A stretch of DNA of 64,000 nt from Bacilli bacterium (GCA_017515795.1 JAFWEE010000013.1:2010-66009); one strand, 5' to 3'; counted from the stretch's first letter, positions 51,255 to 62,663 are shown. Translations and numbers: made by a program. The notes: generated by a model not told the origin, from the sequence alone.

Positions 51255-51856
51255 TGAAATTTCCTAAAAGTTTAGAAGATTTAATAGAAAACTTTAAATT
51301 ATTACCTGGTATAGGTGAAAAGAATGCAGAACGATTAAGTTTTGCAGTTTTAAAGTTTAATGAAGAACAAATAGAAAACTTTTCCAATTCAATATTAAAT
51401 GTATCAAAAAAGATTAAAAAGTGTAAAAAGTGTAATAACTTAACTGAAGATTCTGATCTATGTACTATTTGTGAAGATGAATCTAGAGATGGAAGTGTAT
51501 TATGTGTAGTAGAAAGTACTAAAGATTTAATCTTATTTGAAAAATCAAATGCCTTTAAAGGTAAATATCATGTATTAGAGGGACTAATATCTCCACTTGA
51601 AGGTATAAATCCTGATGATATTAAGATAAATGAATTAATAAATAGAGTAAAAGAAGAAAAAATAAAAGAAATTATTCTTGCTTTAAACTTAAGTATGGAA
51701 GGTGAAACTACTTCCCTTTATATAATTAAGATGCTAGAAGGTATGGATGTATCTATTACTAAGATTGCAGCTGGTATACCAGTAGGTGCAGATATGGAAT
51801 ATTTAGATTCATTAACAATTCAAAAGGCATTAGAGGGCAGAATAAAAGTAGAATAG
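51254..51856 (+). CDS. recR: Recombination mediator RecR
   Basis: LPGIGEKNAER, CKKC...CTIC, MEGETT, GIPVGADMEYLD. Confidence 0.96.
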   Translation: MKFPKSLEDLIENFKLLPGIGEKNAERLSFAVLKFNEEQIENFSNSILNVSKKIKKCKKCNNLTEDSDLCTICEDESRDGSVLCVVESTKDLILFEKSNAFKGKYHVLEGLISPLEGINPDDIKINELINRVKEEKIKEIILALNLSMEGETTSLYIIKMLEGMDVSITKIAAGIPVGADMEYLDSLTIQKALEGRIKVE

Positions 51857-52774
51857 GTGGTGATAGATATGCTTGAAGATTATTTAAATGAACAAAAATT
51901 AGTTACTAAGATCTTATTAGATAGTTTGAATAATGATAAATTAGTTCAAGCATATTTATTTACATGCAATGATTTAGACTATTTAGAAAAATATGCTATA
52001 TCATTCTCTAAAAAGATACTATCTTCTGATAATAATGAGAAAATATGTAAGCAAATAGATGAAGGAAACTATCCTGATTTAACTATTTTATATCCTGATG
52101 GTAAAAATATTAAGAAGGAACAACTATCCGAACTCCAAAAAGAGTTCCAAAATAAACCTATTATTTCTAATAAAAAAATATATATAATTACTGAATGTGA
52201 GAAAATGAATGCAGCATCAGCTAATTCTATACTTAAATTCTTAGAAGAACCATCAGATGATATTATAGCTATACTGCTTACAACTAATCAAAATATGGTT
52301 ATACCAACTATATTATCTAGATGTCAGATCTTAAATCTAAATAATATAGCTACTAATAAAGATGTATATGAAATCTTTAATGAAAGATTTACTGAACTTG
52401 AAAGAGAAGATACTTTTGATACATATTTTAGTAAACTTTTAGAGTTTACTACAGATATAGATTCTATGAAAAAGAAGTTTTTTATCAAATATAAAGAGTA
52501 TGTAGATTATTTTAGTAACAAAGAAGATATTAAAATAGTTGTTGATTTTATGCTTTTCTTCTATTATGATATATTAAACCTTAAATTTGAGAGGGACCCT
52601 ATATATTTTTTAAAATATATAGACTTCTTAGAAAAGGTTGAAAAGAATAATTCTAAGGAAAGTATTAATTATAAGTTAGAAGTCTTAGAAAGAACTAAGC
52701 TTAGATTAACTTCTAATTCTAATATCAAGATGGTATTAGATAAGTTGATCATAGAACTTGGAAAGGAAATATAG
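51857..52774 (+). CDS. holB: DNA polymerase III delta-prime subunit
   Basis: SAANSILKFLEEP, TILSRCQ. Confidence 0.85.
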   Translation: MVIDMLEDYLNEQKLVTKILLDSLNNDKLVQAYLFTCNDLDYLEKYAISFSKKILSSDNNEKICKQIDEGNYPDLTILYPDGKNIKKEQLSELQKEFQNKPIISNKKIYIITECEKMNAASANSILKFLEEPSDDIIAILLTTNQNMVIPTILSRCQILNLNNIATNKDVYEIFNERFTELEREDTFDTYFSKLLEFTTDIDSMKKKFFIKYKEYVDYFSNKEDIKIVVDFMLFFYYDILNLKFERDPIYFLKYIDFLEKVEKNNSKESINYKLEVLERTKLRLTSNSNIKMVLDKLIIELGKEI

Positions 52775-52775
52775 T

Positions 52776-53570
52776 ATGAATATAGATGTTTATGGTGTTA
52801 CATTTAAAAAGTTTGGAAGAAAATATTATTTTACTCCAGGTAAATTAGATATTAAATGTGGTATGAATGTCATTGTTGAAACTGAAAGAGGTTTCCAATA
52901 TGCAGAAGTAGTTACTGATAGAGTAAGTATTAATAAAAAAACATTACTATCTCCAGTAAAGAGTATTGTTAGAGTATCTACTAAAGAAGATGACATTATA
53001 TATCAAAATAATCTAAAAGATGCAGAAATAGCTGCTAAAAAATGTAATGAATTAATTGAAAAGTTTAATCTTGAAATGAGATTAATAGATACTTCATATA
53101 ATTTTGAAAGAACACATTTATATTTCACTTATTTATCTAGTGATAGAGTTGACTTTAGAGAACTAGCTAAAGAACTTGCTAAGATATTTAAGGTTAGGAT
53201 AGAACTACGCCAGGTGGGTCCAAGAGACAAAGCAAAAGAAATTGGTGGTATTGGTCCTTGTGGAAGACCACTTTGTTGTTCTGAATTCTTATATTCATTT
53301 AATAACATCACTATAAACATGGCTAAGAATCAAAATATTTCTTTAAATCCTACTAAGATTAATGGTTTATGTAATAGACTTCTATGTTGTTTAGATTATG
53401 AAGATGAAACATATACTATATTAAAGAAAGATTTACCTAAAGTAGGTACAATCAAGAATTATGATGATAAAAAAGGAAAGGTTATATCTGTTGATCCAAT
53501 AAGTATGACTTATAAAGTTCAATTTGAAGATGGAGAAATTACAGATATGAGACGTAATGAAGGTCGTTAA
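52776..53570 (+). CDS. yaaT: PSP1-domain protein YaaT/RicT
   Basis: RVDFRELAKEL, IGPCGRPLCC, GLCNRLLCCL; start moved to ATG 52776. Confidence 0.92.
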   Translation: MNIDVYGVTFKKFGRKYYFTPGKLDIKCGMNVIVETERGFQYAEVVTDRVSINKKTLLSPVKSIVRVSTKEDDIIYQNNLKDAEIAAKKCNELIEKFNLEMRLIDTSYNFERTHLYFTYLSSDRVDFRELAKELAKIFKVRIELRQVGPRDKAKEIGGIGPCGRPLCCSEFLYSFNNITINMAKNQNISLNPTKINGLCNRLLCCLDYEDETYTILKKDLPKVGTIKNYDDKKGKVISVDPISMTYKVQFEDGEITDMRRNEGR

Positions 53571-54300
53571 TGATTTATTAAATATTAATGATATGAAAAT
53601 AGTTCAGGATACTGACTATTTTAACTTTTCATTAGATTCAGTAATACTTTCTGATTATGTTACTCCTAGAAAAGGAGATAAAATAATTGATTTTTGTTCA
53701 GGTAACTGTCCTGTTCCTATGATATTATCTACTAAAACTAAAGATAAGATATATGCTGTGGAACTTCAAAAGGAAATATATAAGCTTGGACTTGAATCAA
53801 TTAAGTTAAATAAACTAGAAAAACAAATAGAATTATTAAATATGGATGTAAAAGACTTATGTGATAAGTTTGAGACAGATACATTCGATATAATTACATG
53901 TAATCCACCATATTTTAAAATTAATGAACAAACTAAACAAAATGATAATGAAATAAAGAGAATTGCAAGACATGAAATATATCTTAATTTAGATGATATA
54001 TTTAAAGTATGTAAGAAATTACTTAAGAATAATGGTAAAGTTGTTATGATTCATAGACCAGAAAGACTAGAAGAAATCATGAAATCTATGACTGATAATA
54101 ACATTACACTAAAAATAATAAAATTCATTTATCCTAAAGAAGGACAAAATTCTAATATGATTATTATTGAAGGTAGAAAGAATGCTAGAAAAGGTATTAA
54201 AGTATTACCTCCATTAATTGTCCACAGTAAAGATAATGAATATAGAGATGAAATAAAAAAGATGTTTGGGGGCGATAGAAATGAGTCAAAAGAGTTATGA
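53557..54300 (+). CDS. yabB: YabB-like tRNA adenine N6-methyltransferase
   Basis: FSLDSVIL, DFCSGNC, CNPPYF, ARHEI, HRPERL. Confidence 0.85.
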   Translation: MKVVNDLLNINDMKIVQDTDYFNFSLDSVILSDYVTPRKGDKIIDFCSGNCPVPMILSTKTKDKIYAVELQKEIYKLGLESIKLNKLEKQIELLNMDVKDLCDKFETDTFDIITCNPPYFKINEQTKQNDNEIKRIARHEIYLNLDDIFKVCKKLLKNNGKVVMIHRPERLEEIMKSMTDNNITLKIIKFIYPKEGQNSNMIIIEGRKNARKGIKVLPPLIVHSKDNEYRDEIKKMFGGDRNESKEL

Positions 54301-55123
54301 TAATACTCCAACTTTATATCTTGTACCAACTCCAATTGGTAATCTAGAAGATATAACTTTTAGAGCAATTAATGTTTTAAAAGAAGCTGAAGTAATTTTT
54401 TCTGAAGATACACGTGAAACAAAGAAACTATTAAATTATTATAATATTGATAAGAAATTAATCGCATCACATAAATTTAATGAGAATGAATCTTCTAAAA
54501 AGATACTTGAATATTTAAAAAACGGACATAATGTAGCAGTAGTATCTGATAGAGGAACTCCAAGTATATGTGATCCTGGATTTGAACCAAGTTATCAAGC
54601 TATAGAGAATGGATTTAATGTAGTGTGCCTTCCTGGTGCAACTGCTTTTACACCTGCTTTAGCTATGAGTGGTCTTAATCCAAATAAATTTTTATTCTAT
54701 GGATTTCTTGATAGTAAAAAGAGTACTAAAAAGAAAGAATTAGAGAATTTAAAGAACGAAAAACATACAATAATAGTATATGAATCACCATACAGAGTTG
54801 TAGAGACGCTTACGTTAATAAAAGAGATAATGGGTGATAGAAATATTAGTGTTGCAAGAGAGATATCTAAGAAGCACGAAGAAGTTTATAGAGGTAAAGT
54901 AGATACTATTATTGAAGAATTAGGAGAACCAAAAGGTGAATTTGTAATCCTAATTGAAGAAAATAAAGATAAAGAATCATATGAGGATATAGATATAATT
55001 TCTCATGTGGACAAATTAATAAGTGAAGGTGAATCTGATAAAGATGCTATTAAAAAAGTAGCTAAGATGCATGGACTTATTAAGAATGATGTATATATAA
55101 AATATAAGGAGGCAAAGAAATGA
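54281..55123 (+). CDS. rsmI: 16S rRNA C1402 2'-O-methyltransferase
   Basis: LYLVPTPIGNLEDIT, SDRGTPSICDPG, YESPYR; TGA stop. Confidence 0.95.
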   Translation: MSQKSYDNTPTLYLVPTPIGNLEDITFRAINVLKEAEVIFSEDTRETKKLLNYYNIDKKLIASHKFNENESSKKILEYLKNGHNVAVVSDRGTPSICDPGFEPSYQAIENGFNVVCLPGATAFTPALAMSGLNPNKFLFYGFLDSKKSTKKKELENLKNEKHTIIVYESPYRVVETLTLIKEIMGDRNISVAREISKKHEEVYRGKVDTIIEELGEPKGEFVILIEENKDKESYEDIDIISHVDKLISEGESDKDAIKKVAKMHGLIKNDVYIKYKEAKK

Positions 55124-55680
55124 AATTAATCGTTGGACTAGGTAATCCTGGAAAAGAGTATGAACATACTCGCCACAATGTTGGGTTTGATGTTATTGAT
55201 TTTTTTGCTTCTAAGGTAGGAGCATCTATCGATAAAGATAAGTTTCAAGGATTATATACTAAAGGAAAAGTAGATGGAGAAGATATCATTCTTCTTAAAC
55301 CACAAAAGTTTATTAACTTAAGTGGTGATGTAATGAGAAAATATGCAGACTACTTTAAAGTAAATGAAAGAGATATATTAGTTATTCATGATGATCTAGA
55401 TTTAGAAGTAGGTAAGATCAAATTAAAAGAAAGATCTTCTTCTGGTGGTCATAATGGTATGAAAAATATTGAAGCTAATTTCAAGAATAATGAATATAAA
55501 CAATTAAAAATTGGTATATCAAATAATAAAGAATCTGATACTAAAGACTATGTACTTGGTAAATTTAGTAAAGATGATAGAGAAAAGATTGAAGAAGCTA
55601 TTAAAAAATCATACGATATTATTATTGATTATATAAATTTAGACTTTAATGAATTACAAAATAAATATAATAAGAGATGA
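55120..55680 (+). CDS. pth: Peptidyl-tRNA hydrolase
   Basis: VGLGNPG, TRHNVGF, HDDLD, GGHNG. Confidence 0.97.
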   Translation: MKLIVGLGNPGKEYEHTRHNVGFDVIDFFASKVGASIDKDKFQGLYTKGKVDGEDIILLKPQKFINLSGDVMRKYADYFKVNERDILVIHDDLDLEVGKIKLKERSSSGGHNGMKNIEANFKNNEYKQLKIGISNNKESDTKDYVLGKFSKDDREKIEEAIKKSYDIIIDYINLDFNELQNKYNKR

Positions 55681-55684
55681 TATT

Positions 55685-58600
55685 ATGATAGAGGATTTAA
55701 TCAGAATAGATAAATTTAATAATATAGGTATCACGGGGTTAACTAAGCAATTAACCTCTTTTTGCGTTGTAGACATTAAAAAGAATTCTGATAGAGATAT
55801 AGTATTATTAACTAATTCTATATATGAAGGAAATATGTTATATAGAGCTATATCTAAGTTATATAAGAATACTTTCTTCTTCCCAATGGATGACTTTATA
55901 ACAGAAGAATCAATATCTATATCACCAGATTTATTATCTATAAGATTAAGTACTCTAGATGGTTTAATTAATAATAAAGGAAATATCTTAATTACTAACC
56001 TTAACGGGTTACTTAGATACATGCCATCAAAAGAAGTATGGGCAAAAAGTATATTAAATGTTTCAAAAGGAGAATGCAATAAAGATGATCTAGAAAGAGA
56101 TTTATCTAACATTGGATATGAAAGAAGTCCTTTTGTTACTAAAACAGGTGAATACTCATCAAGAGGATTTGTACTTGATATATTCCCATATAATTTTGAA
56201 AACCCAATAAGAATAGAATTCTGGGGAGATGAAATAGATTCAATTAGAGAGTTTGATATAGACTCTCAAAGATCTATTAAAGATATAGATAAAGTAGAGA
56301 TATACCCAGTAAGTGAATTTATCAACAGTAAAAATATAGATATAGAACCTAAACAAAAGAATATTCCACAGGTTTTAGATGATTATGTCTCTATTTTTGA
56401 TTATTTAGATAATCCTATAACAATATATGATGACTTTGGAACTATTAGAAAGTCATATGATAGATTAACTGAAGATATATTAAATCTAAATAATGAATTA
56501 AAAAGAAATGATAAATATATGTTTAGTCTTGAAGATATTAATATTAAGGAAGAAATATATTTATTAAAGATAGATAATCTTATAGAAGGTAAGAAATTAG
56601 ATCATATCTATAATCTAAAAGGTAGAGAAGTAGATAGATTTAATTCTAATATTAATTATATTAATGAATACTTAACTAATGCTTTATTTAAGAAGAAAAT
56701 AGTTATTATATCTATTAAAGATGATAATAAAGTTAAGAACTTAGAGAAATTCCTAGATGTTCCACTATATAAAACTACTGTGGATAATATAGATAATACT
56801 AGAATAAATATTATTAAAACTGATTATGACTATGGTTTTGAAGTAGATAATCTAATTCTTTTAACAGAATATGAGTTATTCTCAAGTAATGAAAGACCTA
56901 ATACATATAAGAATAAGTTTAAAGTAGGTACTAAGATTGGTAACATAAATAACTTATCTATTGGAGACTATGTAGTTCATATTAATCATGGTATTGGTGT
57001 TTATAATGGTTTAAAGACTATTAAAAAGGGTGATATTAATAAAGATTACCTAGAAATCTTATATCATGGTAAAGATAAACTATATATTCCTGTGGATAAA
57101 ATAGATTTAATTACTAAATATGCATCTAGTGATAGTTATGTACCTAAGTTAAATAAACTAAGTGATACAGAATGGCAAAAGACTAAACTTAGAATTAAGA
57201 ATAAAGTAAAGGATATAGCAGGTAAATTACTTGAAATAAGTGCAAAAAGAAAACTTAAAGAAGGTTTTGCATTTGAAAAAGATAATGAAGAACAAATTAG
57301 ATTTGAATCTGAATTTGAATATGAACCTACTAAAGATCAATTAATTGCTATAGATAAAATAAAAGAATGTATGGAAAGAAAATATCCAATGGATATGCTT
57401 TTATGCGGGGATGTTGGATATGGTAAAACTGAAGTTGCATTTAGAGCTATATTTAAAGCTATACTTTCTGGTAAGCAAGTAGCTTACTTATGTCCTACAA
57501 CTATACTTTCATCTCAACAATATAAATCTGCTGTGGAAAGATTTAAGAATTATGGAGTAGAAATAGCATTATTAAACAGATTTACTACAGCAAAAGATGA
57601 AAGAATTATTAAAGAAAAACTAAAAGAAGGTAAAGTAGACCTTCTTATAGGGACACATAAATTACTTAATAAATCAATAGAATACAAGGATTTAGGACTA
57701 CTTGTAGTAGATGAAGAACAAAGATTTGGTGTTATGCATAAAGAAAGAATTAAAGAATATAAAGAAAATATAGATATTCTTACATTAAGTGCAACTCCAA
57801 TACCTAGAACACTTCAAATGTCTTTAGTTGGTTTAAGAGATTTAGCATTAATAGAAACACCACCTGCTGCTAGATATAGTGTTCAAACATATGTAATTGA
57901 AGAATCAGATCAAATACTTAAAGAAGCAATATATAAAGAGATGTCTCGCGGTGGACAAGTATTTGTATTATTTAATAATATAGAACATATTGAGCAAAAG
58001 TATCATGATATAAAGAGAATTGCTCCTGATGCAGAGATTAGAATAATACACGGACAAATGTCTAAAGAAGAAGTTGAAGACACAATGCTTTCATTTGTTA
58101 ATAATGAATTTGATATATTACTTTGTACTACTATTATTGAAACCGGTATTGATATTCCTAATGTTAATACATTAATAGTATTTGATTCTGATAGATTTGG
58201 ATTATCACAACTATACCAAATAAGAGGTAGAGTTGGTAGATCTGATAAGATAGCTTATGCTTATCTAACATATAAGAAAAATAAGAGTTTGACTGAGACT
58301 TCTGTTAAGAGATTAAATGCTTTAAAAGAATTTACTAACCTAGGTAGTGGATTCCAAATAGCTATGAAGGATCTATCTATTAGAGGTGCTGGAGATATAT
58401 TAGGATCTGAACAAGCTGGATTTATAGATTCAGTTGGATATGATTTATACACAAGAATTCTTAATGATGAAGTTGAAAGATTAAAAGGTAATATGGTTAA
58501 AGAAGTAGAAGAAATTGAAGATGAAAAACCACTTGTTGATGTAGATAACCATATTAAGAATGAATACATTAAAGATGAGAGTACTAAGATAGAAGTACAT

Positions 58601-58975
58601 AAGTTAATTAGTACAATTAACTCTCTTGATACACTTGGAGTAGTTAAAGAGGAAATTGAGGATAGATTTGGTAAAATTGATGAAGATCTTGAAATCTATA
58701 TGTATAGTAAGTTATATGAAAGTATGGCTAAAGAAAATGATATAGATCCTCTAATTAAGACTAATTTATATGTAGAATTTGTACTTAAGAATCCAGATAT
58801 CATTAACATAGATAAACTATTTATGGATTCATATAATATTACAGATAAGTTTAAATTCGAAAATAGAAATAATGGATTACATATAAAACTATTTACTCAT
58901 AACTTAGATAAACATTACATTTATTATTTAATTGAGTTTATGGATTTATATAAAAAGTGTTTAAAAGATAATTAA
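55685..58975 (+). CDS. mfd: Transcription-repair coupling factor
   Basis: GDYVVHINHGIG, GDVGYGKTEV, DEEQRFG, SATPIPRT, QIRGRVGR. Confidence 0.96.
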   Translation: MIEDLIRIDKFNNIGITGLTKQLTSFCVVDIKKNSDRDIVLLTNSIYEGNMLYRAISKLYKNTFFFPMDDFITEESISISPDLLSIRLSTLDGLINNKGNILITNLNGLLRYMPSKEVWAKSILNVSKGECNKDDLERDLSNIGYERSPFVTKTGEYSSRGFVLDIFPYNFENPIRIEFWGDEIDSIREFDIDSQRSIKDIDKVEIYPVSEFINSKNIDIEPKQKNIPQVLDDYVSIFDYLDNPITIYDDFGTIRKSYDRLTEDILNLNNELKRNDKYMFSLEDINIKEEIYLLKIDNLIEGKKLDHIYNLKGREVDRFNSNINYINEYLTNALFKKKIVIISIKDDNKVKNLEKFLDVPLYKTTVDNIDNTRINIIKTDYDYGFEVDNLILLTEYELFSSNERPNTYKNKFKVGTKIGNINNLSIGDYVVHINHGIGVYNGLKTIKKGDINKDYLEILYHGKDKLYIPVDKIDLITKYASSDSYVPKLNKLSDTEWQKTKLRIKNKVKDIAGKLLEISAKRKLKEGFAFEKDNEEQIRFESEFEYEPTKDQLIAIDKIKECMERKYPMDMLLCGDVGYGKTEVAFRAIFKAILSGKQVAYLCPTTILSSQQYKSAVERFKNYGVEIALLNRFTTAKDERIIKEKLKEGKVDLLIGTHKLLNKSIEYKDLGLLVVDEEQRFGVMHKERIKEYKENIDILTLSATPIPRTLQMSLVGLRDLALIETPPAARYSVQTYVIEESDQILKEAIYKEMSRGGQVFVLFNNIEHIEQKYHDIKRIAPDAEIRIIHGQMSKEEVEDTMLSFVNNEFDILLCTTIIETGIDIPNVNTLIVFDSDRFGLSQLYQIRGRVGRSDKIAYAYLTYKKNKSLTETSVKRLNALKEFTNLGSGFQIAMKDLSIRGAGDILGSEQAGFIDSVGYDLYTRILNDEVERLKGNMVKEVEEIEDEKPLVDVDNHIKNEYIKDESTKIEVHKLISTINSLDTLGVVKEEIEDRFGKIDEDLEIYMYSKLYESMAKENDIDPLIKTNLYVEFVLKNPDIINIDKLFMDSYNITDKFKFENRNNGLHIKLFTHNLDKHYIYYLIEFMDLYKKCLKDN

Positions 58976-59004
58976 AATGATATATAATATTTTATAGATT
59001 TGGA

Positions 59005-59496
59005 GTGATAACTATGAGAAAATTTGAAATAGTAACTAAAGAAGAATACTTAAAGAATGTAGAAGAAATGGATCATTTAGAATATGATGATCTAATGTGC
59101 CCAGTAAGGGGCACAAAACATAGTGCAGGATATGATTTTAGAAGTCCTATCTCATTTACTTTAAAACCAAATGAAATTATTAAAGTTCCAACTGGTATTA
59201 AAGCCTCAATGGAAAGTGACGAATATTTAGCATTATTAGTTAGAAGTTCTATGGGATTTAAATATAATATGAGACTATGTAATCAAGTTGGAATAGTAGA
59301 TAGTGATTACTATAATAATCCTGATAATGAAGGACATATATTTATAAAGATCCAAAATGAAGGTGAAAAAGACATAGTTATCAATAAAGGTGATAGATTT
59401 GCTCAAGGAATATTTAGCAAATATTTACTTGTAGATGATGATTCATCTGATAGCGAAAGAGCCGGTGGATTTGGATCTACAGGAAAGGGTGATTAA
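59005..59496 (+). CDS. dut: dUTP diphosphatase (trimeric)
   Basis: SAGYD, RSSMG, GIVDSDYY, RAGGFGSTG. Confidence 0.93.
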   Translation: MITMRKFEIVTKEEYLKNVEEMDHLEYDDLMCPVRGTKHSAGYDFRSPISFTLKPNEIIKVPTGIKASMESDEYLALLVRSSMGFKYNMRLCNQVGIVDSDYYNNPDNEGHIFIKIQNEGEKDIVINKGDRFAQGIFSKYLLVDDDSSDSERAGGFGSTGKGD

Positions 59497-59497
59497 T

Positions 59498-61060
59498 TTG
59501 AATAAATTTTATATAACAACACCAATATATTACCCTAGTGGTAAGTATCATATTGGTACAACATATACGGAAGTATTAGTAGATAGTTTAAAGAAGTATC
59601 ATAAGATGCTTGGTGAAGATTCATTTATGCTTACTGGTGCTGATGAACATGGACAAAAGATTGAAAATATAGCTAAAGAAAAAGGAATTACACCAAAAGA
59701 ACATGTTGATGAAATGGCTAAAATAGCTAAAGATTTATGGGCTTTAATGAAGATTGATTATGATAAGTTTATTAGAACTACTGATGATTATCATGAAAAA
59801 GTTGTTCAAGATATCTTTGAAAAGTTCTTAGCAAATGGTGATATTTATCTAGGTGAATATGAAGGTCTATATTGTACTCCATGTGAATCATTTTGGACAG
59901 AAAGTCAATTGGTTGATGGTAAATGTCCTGATTGTGGAAGAGAAGTTAAACCTGCTAAAGAAGAAGCTTATTTCTTTAATATGAAAAAATATCAAGATAG
60001 ATTACTTGAATATTATGAATCTCATCCAGATTTTATTAAACCAGATTATAGAAAACAAGAAATGTTAAATAACTTTATTAAACCAGGTCTTGAAGATCTA
60101 TGTGTTAGTAGAACTTCATTTACTTGGGGTATTCCTGTTCCATCAAATCCAAAACATGTTGTATATGTATGGTTAGATGCTCTAACAAACTATATAACTG
60201 CTTTAGGATATGGACAAGAAAATGATAATTTATTTAATAAATATTGGCCATGTGATATGCATGTAATTGGTAAAGATATTGCTAGATTCCATTTAATATA
60301 TTGGCCAATATTCTTAATGGCATTAAATTTACCATTACCAAAGACTATATTTGTTCATAACTGGATTAACATGAAAGATGGTAAGATGAGTAAATCAAAG
60401 GGTAATGTAATTTATCCAGAAGATTTAATTAGTAGATATGGTCTTGATGCATTAAAGTTCTATCTACTTGTAAGTATGCCTTCTTCTACTGATGGTATAT
60501 TTACTCCAGAAGACTTTGTTGAAAGATATAATTCACATCTATGTAATGATTTAGGTAACCTAGTTAATAGAACTATTTCAATGATTAATAAGTACTTTGA
60601 AGGAAATATTCCTGATTATAAAGGACATATTAATGAGGTTGATGAAACATTTGAAAATAATGTTAATAGTTATATTAAAGAAGCTAAGAGATATTTAGAT
60701 AACTGTGAATTCTCACAATGTGTATCTACTATATTCTCTATAGTATCTAGAACTAATAAATATATTGATGAAACTGCTCCATGGGCATTATATAAAGAAG
60801 AAAAGATGGAAGAACTTGCTTCTTGTATGAACCATTTAGCTTATGGAATTAAAACTATAGCTATTCTAATTAGACCATTTATGGAGGAAACATCTGATAA
60901 TATCTTAAGACAAATGGGATTAGATAATAATGTTACTATTGAAGATCTAAAGAATTGTAAGAACTTTGATGGTATAAAGGTTATTGAAAAAGGTGAACCT
61001 ATATTTGTTAGATTAGAAGATCAAGTAGAAGTTGAATATATAAAGGGATTAATGAGTTAA
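59498..61060 (+). CDS. metG: Methionine--tRNA ligase (short form)
   Basis: YITTPIYYP, HIG, YVWLDAL, KMSKS; TTG 59498 after GGAAAGGG. Confidence 0.96.
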   Translation: MNKFYITTPIYYPSGKYHIGTTYTEVLVDSLKKYHKMLGEDSFMLTGADEHGQKIENIAKEKGITPKEHVDEMAKIAKDLWALMKIDYDKFIRTTDDYHEKVVQDIFEKFLANGDIYLGEYEGLYCTPCESFWTESQLVDGKCPDCGREVKPAKEEAYFFNMKKYQDRLLEYYESHPDFIKPDYRKQEMLNNFIKPGLEDLCVSRTSFTWGIPVPSNPKHVVYVWLDALTNYITALGYGQENDNLFNKYWPCDMHVIGKDIARFHLIYWPIFLMALNLPLPKTIFVHNWINMKDGKMSKSKGNVIYPEDLISRYGLDALKFYLLVSMPSSTDGIFTPEDFVERYNSHLCNDLGNLVNRTISMINKYFEGNIPDYKGHINEVDETFENNVNSYIKEAKRYLDNCEFSQCVSTIFSIVSRTNKYIDETAPWALYKEEKMEELASCMNHLAYGIKTIAILIRPFMEETSDNILRQMGLDNNVTIEDLKNCKNFDGIKVIEKGEPIFVRLEDQVEVEYIKGLMS

Positions 61061-61102
61061 TCTCTTTTTTGTGTTATAATTAACAAAGAAACAGGTGATA
61101 AT

Positions 61103-61864
61103 ATGAAAATAATTGATACACATTGTCATATATATCCTAGTGAAATGGAAAATGCTGTGGATATTATTAAAGAATGTGCTAGTAATAATATAGATGTAAT
61201 ACTTAATGGTGTAGATATAGCTAGTAATAATGAAATAATCGAGTTATCTAAGAAATATGATAATGTTTATGCTGCTATTGGATTAAATTATGATGGGATA
61301 GATACATTTACAGATGAGGATTTAATACTATTAGAAGAACAAATTAAGAATAATAAAGTAGTAGCTTTAGGAGAAATAGGTATAGATTTTTATTGGACTA
61401 AAGAAAATAGTGATAAACAAATATATTTCTTTAAAAAGCAATTAGAATTAGCGAAAAAATATGACCTACCAGTGATTGTGCACGCAAGGGAGGCTTCTCA
61501 GAAAGTATTTGATATTATTAAAGAATCTAATGTTAGAAAAGGATCTATGCATTGCTATTCTGGAAGTACTGAATTAGCTAAAGAATATATAAAATTAGGT
61601 TTCTATATAGGAATTGATGGACCTGTTACATATCCAAATAATAAAAAAGGAATAGATTTAATTACTAATATTCCTGTGAAAAATCTATTATTAGAGACGG
61701 ATAGTCCTTATTTATCACCTGAAAGTAAAAGAGGGCAAGTAAATACCCCATTAAATTTAAAAGAGATTGCTGAAAAAGTATCTGAGGTAAAAGAAATTCC
61801 TATTGAAGAAATAATAGAAAATACATATAATAATGCAAAAATATTATTTAGATTGGAGGAATAA
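61103..61864 (+). CDS. tatD: TatD family hydrolase
   Basis: IDTHCH, GEIGIDF, VHAR, HCY, LETDSPY. Confidence 0.95.
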   Translation: MKIIDTHCHIYPSEMENAVDIIKECASNNIDVILNGVDIASNNEIIELSKKYDNVYAAIGLNYDGIDTFTDEDLILLEEQIKNNKVVALGEIGIDFYWTKENSDKQIYFFKKQLELAKKYDLPVIVHAREASQKVFDIIKESNVRKGSMHCYSGSTELAKEYIKLGFYIGIDGPVTYPNNKKGIDLITNIPVKNLLLETDSPYLSPESKRGQVNTPLNLKEIAEKVSEVKEIPIEEIIENTYNNAKILFRLEE

Positions 61865-61865
61865 T

Positions 61866-62663
61866 ATGAGTGATATATCAAATTTTGAATTTAAAAAGAA
61901 GTTTGGTCAAAACTTTTTAAAAGATAACAATGTTTTAAATAATATTGTGGAAAAAAGTGATATAGAAGATGATACTTTAGTTATAGAAATAGGTGTAGGT
62001 GCTGGTTATCTTACTAAATATATTGCATCTAAAGCTAAATATGTAGTAGGTTTTGAAATAGACGAAAGTCTAAAAGCTATTATTTATAATAATTTAAAAG
62101 ACTTTAATAATGTAGAAATAGTATATGAGGACTTTTTAAAGGCTAATGTAACTGAAATATTAAAGAAATATGATTATAAACATGTATATGTTATAGCAAA
62201 TCTACCATATTATATAACTACTCCAATTATAGAAAAGATAATAGAACTAAATATTGCAGAAAGATTAGTAATAATGGTTCAAAAAGAAGTAGGAGATAGA
62301 TTTAATGCTAAAATGGGTACTAAAGACTATAACTCTCTTACATTATATTTAAACTATTACTTTAAGATATCTAAGGTAATGGATGTATCTAGAAACTCAT
62401 TTATACCTAAACCTAATGTAGATTCTGCTGTTATTAGATTTGATAGATATTATAGAAATGATGCTAAAAGCGAAAATAGGCTATTTACTTTAATTAGAGA
62501 TTCATTTCAATTTAAAAGGAAGAATTTAAGAAATAATCTTAAGAATTACAACTTAGAAAGAATAGAGAATACTCTTAAGAAATATGGTAAGGATTTAACT
62601 GTTAGAGCAGAAAATATCTCTCTAGAAGAATTCATAGATATTAGTAATAATTTAGAAGGCTAA
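61866..62663 (+). CDS. rsmA: 16S rRNA dimethyltransferase
   Basis: KKFGQNFL, EIGVGAG, ANLPYYIT, PKPNVDSAV. Confidence 0.96.
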   Translation: MSDISNFEFKKKFGQNFLKDNNVLNNIVEKSDIEDDTLVIEIGVGAGYLTKYIASKAKYVVGFEIDESLKAIIYNNLKDFNNVEIVYEDFLKANVTEILKKYDYKHVYVIANLPYYITTPIIEKIIELNIAERLVIMVQKEVGDRFNAKMGTKDYNSLTLYLNYYFKISKVMDVSRNSFIPKPNVDSAVIRFDRYYRNDAKSENRLFTLIRDSFQFKRKNLRNNLKNYNLERIENTLKKYGKDLTVRAENISLEEFIDISNNLEG

